This document shows positions 22,990 to 35,200 of a stretch of 64,000 bases of DNA, piece by piece. Origin of the DNA: Camelus dromedarius (lineage: Eukaryota); NCBI RefSeq assembly GCF_036321535.1, contig NC_087452.1, forward strand, positions 34,348,001-34,412,000, written 5' to 3'. The first letter of the stretch is position 1, and each line of letters opens with the position of its first letter. The notes under the pieces are model-generated. The model did no database searches. It saw nothing but the letters and a program-made list of their open reading frames with translations, and had not been told where the DNA came from. Made by a program: the position numbers and the translations under genes.

Positions 22990-25900
22990 ATGAGGCTGCG
23001 GCTCCTGGTGGCCGCGCTCTGCGCTGGAATCTTGGCAAGGGCGCCCCGAGTGCGGGCCCAGCACCGAGAGAGAGGTGAGCACGGCAGGGAAGGACCTCAT
23101 CCAAGGCACTGCCCCCTGTCACCCGCAGCTCTATTCCCCCTTCATCCTGGATCCTGCTCCCCACCCCTTTGCGACCCTGTGTGTGTTTCTCCTGACTCTC
23201 CTGGGACTCCCTAAACCCTCCGAGACCCATGCTGCATCTCCCAAACTGTATCCAGTTATGCGTGAGTCCCCTACCCTATGTCACTCCACGCTGTACCCTG
23301 AGGCCAGCCTCAGTCCCAGATCCCCAGACCCACACCCACACCGCGACTCTCCCTCCCCACCAGTCCTCTGCTCCGCGGGAGAGTTGGCTCTGAGCTCCAC
23401 CTCAGCTCCCTCCAGGGCTCTCAGGCCCAAGCCAGCCTGGGCTGTTTTGCACAGCAGATGAAGCCTACTCCCCTCTCCCCAGCCCCAGGGGACCACAGTG
23501 AGGGGAGTGGGTGAGTGGGCTCCAAGAAGAAATCGTGATTGCTTTTCCCTGCCCCAGTGACCTGCACGCGCCTTTATGCTGCTGACATCGTGTTCCTACT
23601 CGATGGCTCCTCATCCATCGGTCGCAGCAACTTCCGTGAAGTGCGCGCTTTCCTTGAGGGGCTGGTGCTGCCCTTCTCTGGGGCAGCCGGTGCACAGGGT
23701 GTCCGCTTTGCTGCCGTGCAGTACAGCGATGACCCACGGTGAGTGGATTCCCAGAGCTAGGGAGCCAGAGATCTCACCAGGACCCCTCCTTCAGACAGAA
23801 GCAGAGTCCAAAAACCCCTAGTCTATCTGGGGAACCCAGAGGCCCACCCCCACCCACTCCAGGCAGGACCTCCTCTTAAGACAGAAGCAAGAATCTCCTA
23901 GGTAGAGCCCTCATATCTGAGACCTCTTTAGACTAGTGCTGTGCCAAAGATGGGGGCTATGTTTTCTGATCTGGAGATGGAGAGGCTACTGGGGAGCCCA
24001 GGGGCTTCAGATGCTCTGTTTCTGCAGGACTCTCCATGTTTTAGCCTCCTGATCCCTTCAGCCTCTCACTTAGCAGAGGGCCTCCCTGTCTGGCCAGTGT
24101 CCACCTCCCTACAATGGGACCCTTTCTCCTACCATTATTTAATTAACCAGACATCCTGGGCCCTGAGCCTGGGAGCCTCAAGGGCTCCAGGCCTGCCCAG
24201 GCCCAGCCACAGGCAGGACACAGAGGGGCACCTAGGGAGTCTGTTAACTGGGGGGCTTCAGAGGTGGAGGACAGGAATCACAGAACCAAGAGGACCTTCA
24301 AGAGGGCCTGATACAACCCTCACCCCAGAGGCCTCCTAGAGGCCAGGACCAGAAAAGGTCCTTGTCCCTAGCCTGTTGCCACCCCTCTCCCCACAGGACA
24401 GAGTTTGGCTTGGATGCGCTTGGCTCAGGAAGTGATGTGATCCGTGCCATCCATGAGCTCAGCTACAAGGGAGGCAACACACGCACAGGGGCTGCGATTC
24501 TCCACGTGGCTGACCATGTCTTCCAGCCCCAGCTGGCTCGACCTGGTGTCCCCAAGGTGATCTCTCACCCTACCATGCCTCCCAAGGTGATCCCCAAGTT
24601 GTGTCTGAGGCAGCCCTGAATTGAATCTGCACCTGCTCCAGGTCTGCATCCTCATCACAGATGGGAAGTCCCAGGACCTGGTGGACCCTGCTGCCCAGAG
24701 GCTGAAGGGGCAGGGGATCAAGCTGTTTGCTGTGGGTGAGTACCAAGCTGAAGTGACAGGTCGGTTGGGGCAGGGACCCATCAGAAGGCATGTGGGCAAC
24801 TGAGTCCTGACTGGGCATCACCTCAGGGATCAAGAATGCTGACCCCGAGGAGCTGAAGCGAGTCGCCTCACAGCCGACCAGCGATTTCTTCTTCTTCGTC
24901 AACGATTTCAGCATCCTGAGGACGCTATTGCCTCTCGTTTCTCGGAGGGTGTGCACAACTGCTGGTGGTGTGCCTGTGACCCTGCCCCGTGAGTTCCTGC
25001 CCACCCTGTGTGCCCTGGCCTAGACCTTGACCTAAACCCCAACCTGGGAGTGCTGATTCCATCCCATGTACTCCTGATACCAAGCCAGAGGCGCTCTCCT
25101 CTGACCCTGCCCTGGAAGTGCTGACCTGACCTCGTGCTCCTCACCCTTGACCCCTAAAGCTGCACCATAAGTGCTGATCCCTGGTCCTCTTGCCTGACTG
25201 ACTGATTGACTCCTTTCCCAGCCGAAGTCTTGACCTCAGGTCCACGAGACCTGGTGCTGTCTGAGCCAGGCAGTCAGTCCTTGAGAGTACAGTGGACAGC
25301 GGCTAGTGGCCCTGTGACCGGCTACAAGGTCCAGTATGCGCCTTTGACAGGGCTGGGACAGCCAGTGTCAAGTGAGCGGCGGGAGGTAAGGCTGTCAGGA
25401 GTGGTAGGTGGAGGACTGGGGACTTAGCTGGACAAAGGGAAGTGACCTCTGATCCTGGGCAGGTGAGCGTCTCAGCTGGTGAGACCAACGTGCGGCTGCA
25501 GGGTCTCCGGCCCCTGACTGAGTACCAAGTGACTGTGGTTGCCCTCTACGCCAACAGCATCGGGGAGGCCGTGAGCGGGACAGCTCGGACCAGTGAGCAG
25601 TTCTGCTAACCTCTGACCCCACTCACCTAACCACCCATCCCAGTAACCCCTCCCCACTCTGGGCTCACTAATCCCTGATGGGACCTTCCCCTAGCTGCCC
25701 TGGAGGGGCCGGAGTTGACCATCCAGAACACCACAGCCCACAGCCTCTTGGTGACCTGGCGGACTGTGCCAGGTGCCACTGGCTACCGTGTGACATGGCG
25801 GGTCCTCAGTGGTGAGTGAGAGATGTGGGCTGAAGGGAGTCCCTGTACTGCAGACAGGATTGTAGGCTCCTGAGTTTACAAAACCCACTAATCCTTCTGT

Positions 25901-28900
25901 GCCCACCCCTTGTGCAGGTGGGGCCACGCAGCAGCAGGAGCTGGGCCCTGGGCAGGGGTCAGTGTTGCTGCGTGACCTGGAGCCTGGCACAGACTATGAG
26001 GTGACTGTGAGTGCCCTGCTTGGCCGTAGCATGGGGCCTGCCACCTCCTTGACTGCCCGCACTGGTAAGAGGACTGGGTGCTTTCTTCAGGCTGGGTGGG
26101 CAGGCAGGCAGGGCATAGAGGCCACTGAAGTCCCCTGTGCCCTGGGTAGACACTTCCGTTGAGCAGACCCTGCGTGCAGTCATCCTGGGCCCCACATCCA
26201 TCCTTCTTTCCTGGAACTTGGTGCCTGAGGCCCGTGGCTACCGGCTGGAGTGGCGACGTGAGAGTGGTCAGTGCAGGAGGGAGGGGTGGCCAGGCAGGGT
26301 TGGGGCCTGGCCTCAGCTGACCTGACCCTATCATCTCGTAGGCTTGGAGGTACCACAGAAGGTGGTACTGCCCTCTGATGTGACCCGCTACCAGTTGGAT
26401 GGGCTGCAGCCAGGCACTGAGTATCGCCTCACTCTCTACACGCTGCTGGAGGGCCGTGAGGTGGCCACGCCTGCAACCGTGGTCCCCACTGGTGAGGGCT
26501 TTGGGGGCCCAGCCAAGTGAGAGGGGAAGGTACAGGGACCCCAGACTACCTCTCATGCTGTGCTCTCCAACAGGGTCAGAGATGCCTGTGGGCCCAGTGA
26601 TGGACCTCCAGGCGACTGAGCTGCCTGGGCAGCGGATGCGAGTATCCTGGAGCCCAGTTCCCAGTGCCACCGAGTACCGCATCACTGTGCGCAGCACCCA
26701 GGGTGAGGTGGACACAGCATGCACCCATACACACACTAAAGTTCTGGCCCTCGGGGACTGACTGCACCCTCAACCCACCTCTTTTCACTCCTGGGTCTCT
26801 ACAGCCTCCTCCTGTGTCCTTGTCCATTTGCCTGCCAAGATGGCGCTGAGTCCAGACCTGTCACGCTGTCTGCCTGCCCTGTCCTTGCCTGAATCTATCT
26901 CCATGGAAAGCAGTCCCTTTCCATGGCTTTCATCCTTCTCTGTAATCATAAGGTCAATCCCTGCCCTTCTATTACTCTAGCCCTGACTACTGTCCACCCT
27001 GACCTCTCATCCCATGTCCTCATCCATTATTGATCCGGCACCCCACATCAGTGTCTATTGATGACCTGTCCACTGACTTCTCTCATCCTACATCTGTATC
27101 CCTGTCCACTGACCCCTATTGTTGTGTGTCCCCGTTCATCACTGGCCCCGTTAGCCTGTGTCGCTGTCCATCACTGACTCCTTTTTTCCCATGTCCTCCT
27201 CTCTCACCCTTTCCATCTCATGTCCCATCCCTCACTGACTCTTTTCACTTTGTATCTTTGTCTATCACTGGCCTCCTCCTCCCACATCCCTGTCTCTTAC
27301 TGATCCCTGCCCACCTACCCTCCCTTCTCCATTAGGGGTTGAGCGGACCCTGGTGCTTCCTGGGAGTCAGACAGCCTTTGACTTGGATGACGTCCGGGCT
27401 GGGCTGAGCTATATGGTGCGGGTGTTGGCTCGAGTGGGCACCCGTGAAGGTGCTGCCAGCGTCCTCACTGTCCACCGAGGTGAGCACTGCAGAAGAGTAG
27501 GGGATTGCTGTCTGACTCACTCTGGCTCTGGTTTTGATCCCTGACCTCTGTCTTTAACCCCCAGAACCAGAAACCCCACTTGCCATCCCAGGGCTTCGGG
27601 TTGTGGCATCAGATGCAACACGAGTGAGGGTGGCCTGGGGACCTGTTCCTGGAGCCAGTGGGTTTCGGATTAGCTGGAGAACAGACAATGGTCAGTGTGG
27701 GGTGTATGGGAAGGTTACTGAGGGGAACCATCAGGGTGTGCGGGCAGGGGACCGAGGGAGCAGGCAGGAGCCATGCCAACATTTCTCTCTGATCCTAGGT
27801 CTGGAGTCCAGCCAGACATTACCCCCAGAGTCTACAGCCACAGATATCACGGGGCTGAGGCCCGGTACCTCCTACCAGGTGGCTGTGTCAGCACTGCGAG
27901 GGAGAGAGGAGGGCCCTGCTGCGGTCATTGTGGCTCGAACTGGTCAGGGCTTTCTACCTCCAGTGCCCCTCCAGACCCTCATGCCTTCCCTCTCAGACCC
28001 TTGCTTCTCCTCAGAACTCCAATCTCCCCCTTTAGATCCTCACCACCTCCTCCCTAGGAGGCCCTGCTTCCCCCTTCTGTCTCCTCGCCTCCTCTCAAGC
28101 CTCTACCTTCTTCAGCTTCCCCTAAGACCCCCTTCTCCTTGCCCTCGGATTTCCACTATGTCATCCCTCAGACCCCCACTGCCTTTTCTGCTGGACCTGA
28201 CTCTCAGACTCGCACTTTCTCTTTTGGTAGACCCCCTCACTGATTCCTAATACCTCCATTGGAACCCTATTACCTTCTCTGTTAGACCTTCTTGTCTCTC
28301 AGATTTCTCTCACCTGCCACCTCGGATTTCCATTATCTCCTCAGTCAGAACCCTTACTTCTTCCCCCATCTGACCCATTCACTGCCTCCCCTATCAAGTC
28401 CCTGCCTTCTGTTAGACTCCATTTGCCTTCCCCTATTAGATAATCCCCAGTACCTCCACCATCAAACCCTCACTGCCTCGTCCATGGGACTCCCCATTGC
28501 CTCTCCCCCTCAGACCCACTGGGCCCAGTGAAGACAGTCCATGTGACTCAAGCCAGCAGCTCATCTGTCACCATCACCTGGAATAGGGTTCCTGGTGCCA
28601 CAGGATACAGGATCTCCTGGCAGTCCGGCCACGGTGGGGCAGGGGTTTTGGAAGGGACCAGAAGTTTTGGAGGGTTGTAAGGGGCAGGTCTGGGTGGAAT
28701 GGGAGCAGGGATTTCTTTCTTAGGGGTCCAGGTGGGGCATTGGGCGGCAGAGTCTGGCTAGCCCTAGAGCTGACTCTATCCTTACTCCCAGGCCCAGAGA
28801 AATCCCAGTTGGTTTCTGGGGAGGCCACATTGGCTGAAGTGGATGGGCTGGAGCCAGATATGGAGTACACGGTGCGTGTGTGGGCCCATGCGGCTGGTGT

Positions 28901-31900
28901 GGATGGGACCCCTGCCTCTGTGGTTGTGAGGACTGGTGAGTGGACTCTGGCCTGCTGCCAACCACATCTCATTGGCTACTCTGTCCTGCTGTGTATTCCT
29001 GACTGCTCCCGCAGCCCACTTCATCACTTCATCAGAGCTCTTCCCATGAATAATCTTCCCACAATGACCTACCCAACAATGAATAGGTGTCCACCCATAG
29101 TGACTTACTGGCTGCTCCACACTGACCACTCCGAGGCACTGAACTTCTCCCTTTCAGGGGTTGCCTACACTGACTAACCTGTCCAGACTCACCTCACACT
29201 GACCTTCAGACCTCCTTGCACTGACTGTGCCTGTACTGCCACCCTATTCTCTGCCAGCCATCCAGTGGCCCCTGACCCCTTACCCTGCCTCTGCTTCCAG
29301 ACCCTCAGCCCGTGGGCAGTGTGTCGAAGCTACAGATCATCAATGCTTCCAGTGATGTTCTGCGGATCACCTGGGTGGGGGTCACTGGAGCCACAGCCTA
29401 CAGACTGGCCTGGGGCCGGAGCGAGGGTATGGTTCCCCGACCCTGCCCTTGCCTTTCCTGGCTGGCATTGCCTGCTCTGGTCAACCATCCCTACCCCTGA
29501 CTGTTGCCCTATGCTCACCTGGCCAGGTGGCCCCATGAGAGAGCAGATGCTCCCAGGAAATACGGACTCCGCAGAAATTCGGGGCCTCGAAGGCGGAGTC
29601 AGCTACTCAGTGCGAGTGACTGCACTTGTTGGGGACCGTGAGGGCGCACCTGTCTCCATTGTTGTCACCACGCGTAGGTGGAGCTTGGGCTGGGGAGAGC
29701 CTTGGATTGGTGACCTGGATGGTTTGGGGGCAGGGTTTGTGCTCCAGAATGGAAAAGAGACCAGTGATTGGTAGTGAGCCTGTGGAGACGGGGGTCTTCG
29801 AGGGGAAAAGGAATGCAGCCTGGGATAGGCAGAGGAGCCGGCTGGGGGCAGTGCTTGTTCCAGGGTTGGTCTGGGATTGGTGCAGGGATCGGTGGGGGCG
29901 GGGCTTCCCTGATCCGTGCACTTTCTCTCAAGCACCTGCGGCTCCGCCAGCCCTGGAGACACTTCGCGTAGTGCAGCGAGGGGAGCACTCGCTGAGGCTG
30001 GGCTGGCAGCCGGTGCCCGGGGCACGTGGCTTTCGTCTGCGTTGGCGACCTGAGGGTAAGAGTCACCCCCAGTAGGGAGTTAAGGACCAATGGGGGCGGG
30101 CCAGGGATGGGGTCGGGGATGTGGGCTAGGTGAGCAAGGTCAGTGAAAGTGGGCAGGCTGGTGGGGTCATCATTAGTAAGGTGGGTAGAGGTCAGTGAGG
30201 TGGGCGTGTGCATTAATGCCCATCTTAGCATCTTCTCAGTTGCCTCCATCCCCACCCTCACACCTGCCCTAGGTGGCCAGGAACAGTCTCGGGTCTTGGG
30301 GCCTGAGCTCAGCAGCTATGAACTGGACAGGCTGGAGCCAGCAACCCACTACCGCATATGGCTGAGTGTCTTGGGGCCAGCTGGAGAAGGCGCCCCCTCG
30401 GAAGTGACTGCCTACACTGGTGTGTTCTTCCCCCTACTGATGACCTACTCTGATTTCTTGCACCCCATGACCCCGAGTGATTCCTCCTATAGCCCTCCTA
30501 CCAATCCTGACCCAGGGTGATCGCAGCATGACCTTCCTTCACTGAGATGAATCTGCCTCTAGATCTCCTTAGATCTCTCCCCTCTGGGTTCTCAGGACAC
30601 AGACTCTGATCCCTGATCTTTGACTCCTCTTTCAGAGTTGCCTCGTGTCCCAAGCACTGAATTGCGTGTGGTGGACACCTCAATCGACTCAGTAACTCTG
30701 GCCTGGACCCCAGTGTCTGGGGTATCCAGCTACATCCTATCCTGGCGGCCACTTAGAGGCCCTGGCCAAGGTGAAAGGGAGGCCAGGATTGGGGTGGGCT
30801 GGCAGTTGGGGCTCCATGGAGGGTTTCCTGTTTAACTGAGTTCTGTCCTCTGTAGAATTGCCTGTGGCCTCACAGACACTTCCTGGGGTCTCGAACTCCC
30901 AGCGGGTGACAGGGCTAGAGCCTGGAACCTCCTACATCTTTTCCCTGACACCTGTCCGGGAAGGTGTACAGGGTCGTGAGGCCTCTGTCACACACAACCC
31001 AGGTATGGGGGTGCACAGTGGAGGAGCCTAAGAAGATAGGTAGATGGGCCGACTGCTTCAGTAACTAAGCTGCTTTCCTGCAGTGTGTCCCCAAGGCCTG
31101 ATGGATGTGGTTTTCCTGCTGCATACCACTCGAGACAATGCTCATCGTGCAGAGGCTGTGAGGGGAGCCCTGGAGCGTCTGGTGTCTGCACTTGGGCCTC
31201 TTGGGCCGCAGGCAGTGCAGGTTTGGCCCTACAGGCAGCCAGACCCCTACCTGGCCCTGCCCATCCCAGGCTCCATACCAGCTCCCATTTCCCTGCCCCA
31301 CCACTGGTCCAGGCCTTTCTCCCAGCCCTTCCCCATGCTCAGATCTTGCTGGTTGGCTCCCTGTCTTACTATCACTGCTGACCCCCTCACATTTCAGGTT
31401 TAGTCGCATACCCTGGGCTCTGTGTCTCCTCTCAGGCTCTGTGTCCCCATCCCTGCTCTGTCATCCTCCCCAGACTTTGTGTTCCCCCTACACCAGGTTG
31501 GCCTCCTGTCCTACAGTCACCGGCCTTCCCCACTGTTCTCACTGAACAGCTCCCATGACCTTGGTGTCATTCTGCAAAAGATCCGCAACATCCCCTACAT
31601 GGACCCAAGTGGGAACAACCTGGGTAAAGACTACAGTGGACATAGACTCTTGGGGCTTCCCCACTGGGAGCTTGGTGGCCCTGGGTTCTGACATGTCCTT
31701 TCTCCCAGGCACAGCTGTGGTTACAGCTCACAGATACCTGTTGGCACCAGATGCTCCTGGGCGCCGCCAGCACGTGCCTGGGGTGATGGTTCTGCTAGTG
31801 GATGAGCCCTTGAGAGGTGACATCTTTAGCCCTATCCGTGAGGCCCAGGCTGCTGGTGAGGAGCAGGGTTGGTGGAGATGGGGCCTGGGAATAGGGTTGG

Positions 31901-32250
31901 CCTCAGCAGGGTTGTCATACAGGCTGTCGGACCCTTTCTTAGGGCTCAAAGTGATGATGCTGGGCCTGGCGGGAGCTGACCAAGAGCAGCTGCGTCGCCT
32001 GGTGCCAGGCATGGACCCTGTCCAGACCTTCTTTGCTGTGGATGATGGTCTAAGCTTGGACCGAGCAGTCAGTAGTCTGGCAACAGCCCTGTGTCAGACA
32101 GCTTTGACCACCCAGGTTAGGAAGGGGCCTCTGGGGGACTAGGTGATGGAGAAGAGGAGGTGTGGGAGGTTCTTGGTAGAACTGCCTAGTCTCAAGGAGA
32201 CCCTGTGTCCACAGCCACAGCCAGAGCCTTGCTCGGTGCATTGTCCAAAG
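22990..32250 (+). CDS. COL7A1: COL7A1 exons 1-28 (signal peptide and NC1 domain)
   Basis: 22990-23074, 23558-23738, 24397-24556, 24642-24735, 24827-24988, 25222-25385, 25463-25592, 25695-25811, 25918-26064, 26150-26266, 26342-26491, 26574-26702, 27336-27479, 27565-27690, 27799-27942, 28514-28633, 28792-28935, 29301-29426, 29527-29673, 29933-30055, 30273-30419, 30636-30770, 30856-31002, 31084-31220, 31497-31623, 31709-31855, 31943-32115, 32215-32250. vWA MIDAS motif DGSSS in exon 2; RGD in exon 26. Confidence 0.97.
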
Positions 32251-35200
32251 GTAAGTGTGCAGGGTTGGGTGGGTGGCTGAGGGCCCCTTTTGGGATGAGC
32301 TGCCCTGACCCTTGTCCAACATGTCTTTCCCTAGGGCCAGAAGGGGGAACCTGGAGAGATGGTGAGTGGCCCTGGTTGGGGGTAGAAAATGGGCTGCGGG
32401 GCTCAGTGGGGCAGGGGAAGGTCAGCAGCACAGGGCTCACTGATCACCCTTCCTAGGGCCTGAAAGGACAAGCTGGGCCTCCCGGACCCCCTGGCCTGCC
32501 GGTGAGTGCCTCCCCTCACCTGTCCTCTGTACCCTGACCGATGTACTGCTTCCTTACCCGCTCTCTCCTTTCAGGGCAGGATCGGTGTTCCTGGCCCCCA
32601 GGGGCCTCCTGGAAGAACCATTGCAAAGGGCGAGAGGGTGAGTGTAGAGACCGTTGAGGTTCCCCTAAGAGTTTCCTTGAAGGTTCCTCGGGATTTTTAG
32701 AAGAGAGAAGAAAAAGTCAGAGTTAGAACCACAGGGTCTTCCTAGGAGCCTAAATGGACATTGTAAACCACAACAAAGATTTGGGGAAGGGTCTGAAGTA
32801 GAGAGGGGCAGGTGGGGTTTCGACATCCCCTGGAGAGCCTGGCTGGAAGTTCTAAGTCCAAGACGTGGGAAATGGCATTGGCCTCATGGCCGCCCTTGTG
32901 TCTGAGGTTAGGCTCCATTCAGCTCACTGCTCCACCCTCAACAACACTTAGGGGCCTATGGGGTGAGGAGTCCAGGTGAAGAATAGTTGAGGCTCCTCCA
33001 TCAAACCAGGGGCACTGGGCAGAGGGTCCCTTCCTGCCCTGACCTCTTTGCTTCCTTAGGGTTTCCCTGGGGCAGATGGGCCTCCAGGCAGCCCTGGCCG
33101 CCCTGGGACTCCTGGAACCCCTGGCCCAAAGGTGAGCAAGCCTTGGCCTCGCAGGTCACATGGTAGGACACTGCCTGAGTGAGTGGGGTGGTCTGATTGG
33201 TCTGACTCTGGTCTCCATTTCAGGGCTCCCCAGGGTGGCCGGGCCCTCGTGGAGAACCTGTAAGTTGCTCTCCCCCCAGGGTCTTCCCAGAGCTCTTTCG
33301 GCTGGGTGGGGACCTGTGGTGATGAAGCAGGGATGGTCCATGGGGGCCTGCCCTAAAATGCACAGACCAATTATTACCCTTTGCTCTGTTTCGTCCTCAG
33401 GGAGAGCGAGGGCCTCGAGGCCCGAAGGGGGAGCCGGTAGGTGAAGGGAAGAGGGAGGGAGCCAAGCTGGGATGTCCCATGGAGGAGCGGGGTTGCCTGA
33501 GGCCAGGCACTGTTTAGGGCCTAAGGCGTGATAAGGAACAGCTAGGGACCTCTAGGGGCTTCTCCCACCTTTTTTTTGTTTGTTTGTTTTTGTTTTTTGG
33601 GGGGAGAGCTTCTCCCACCTTAGGGTTCCCATACCCTAATTCCTGCCCTCTGTTCTCTGTCCTGCAGGGAGAGCCTGGACAAGTCATTGGAAGCGAGGGA
33701 CCAGGGCTTCCTGGGCGGAAAGGGGACCCTGGACTACCGGTAAGTTTTAGATTATGTGGGGGCAAGTGACATATGGTGGGGGAACCATTAGGGGGGCGAG
33801 AGTAGGGATCTGTGGGTTTGTACTTTATGCTTTGTCTCTTCCATCAGGGCCCCCCTGGATCTCGTGGCCCACTGGGGGACCCAGGACCCCGTGGTCCCCC
33901 AGGACTACCTGGAACATCAGTGAAGGTGACAGCATGACTACCACATGGTCTCATCACCTCCATGTGATCCAGTGACCTGGTGACCCCTGACCCCGTTTGA
34001 ACCCACACAACCCCTACTGGTCACTCTGAACCCATATGGCCTCTTGACCACCCCCAACCTGCAACCCCTCAATTCTTCTATGACTTTTGTAATCCAATTT
34101 GACCCCACAACCCTCATTCCTCCCGATATCTTGGGGATTGGAGGTGTGGTCTAGGGTCATGGGTCATGATTTGTCTTTCAGGGTGACAAAGGTGATCGTG
34201 GGGAGAGGGTAAGTGAGGGCAAGGTATGCTGGGGTGGCTTAGAGTTGAATTCTCTCTGGCCATCCCCTGACCTGCTGTTCTTTCCCAGGGTCCCCCCGGA
34301 CCAGGTGATGGTGCTGCTCTAGGGGAGCCTGGGCTGCCGGTGAGGGAGCCTTGAGGCTCTGCTGGGGACACTGGGGGACCTGCTGAGGGATGTGGGTAGA
34401 GGAGCTGGAGGCTCTGCTAGGGCAGTGGGTGGATGCTGGACCTCAGTTTAAAGCTCACAGTTTTACTTACTTTCTCCTAGGGTCTTCCTGGAAGTCCTGG
34501 ACCCCAAGGCCCAGTTGGCCCCTCTGGAGAAAAAGGAGAAAAGGTGGGAGACCTCACTTCTTGGTGCCCCAGTTCTGGGGTGGGGGGCTCTGGGTGCTGG
34601 GGGTAGGGTCTCCTACCCATCTGTTTCTCCTTCAGGGCGACTGTGAGGATGGAGCCCCAGGCCTCCCAGGGCAACCTGGGACCCCGGGTGAGCGGGTGAG
34701 TATGGGGGCCAGGGGTTCTGAGTGTGGTGGGCATAGCTCCACCCTAACCCTCAGCCATCAGTCCTCTACTCCATCCTTATGCCCAAACCCAAATCTCTGA
34801 ATGCCTTTCAGGGCCTACGGGGACTTCCTGGAGATGCTGGCCCCAAAGTAAGTGTCATTTTGGGAGAGGTCAGATATGAGGGGTGACACTCTGGGACCCC
34901 AATAGGATTAGGGGAGTTGGGAGGATCAGGAGATAAGGGTTCTTTCCAGATCAGAGGTTGTGGTTTCAGAGGTGGATGGTTGGAGTTTGAGAGACCTTGT
35001 CTGGGGTTCGACAGTCATGGCCCCTTTCCCATCTCTCTCCCCTCAGGGTGACCGAGGACTGAAAGGGGCTGTGGGTGAGACTGGAGAGAAGGTAAGTGCA
35101 GCCTGGGGGGCTCTCAGGGCCCTAGAGGGTCAGGGCCCAGATTCGGGTCTGACCCATTGTGTTCCAACAGGGCGAACGCGGATCCCCTGGCCCAATGGGA

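Noticed and set aside
25888-26736. 282-aa antisense ORF over COL7A1 exons 9-12
   Set aside because: Shadow ORF of GC-rich coding sequence; no domain features, and it crosses introns indiscriminately.
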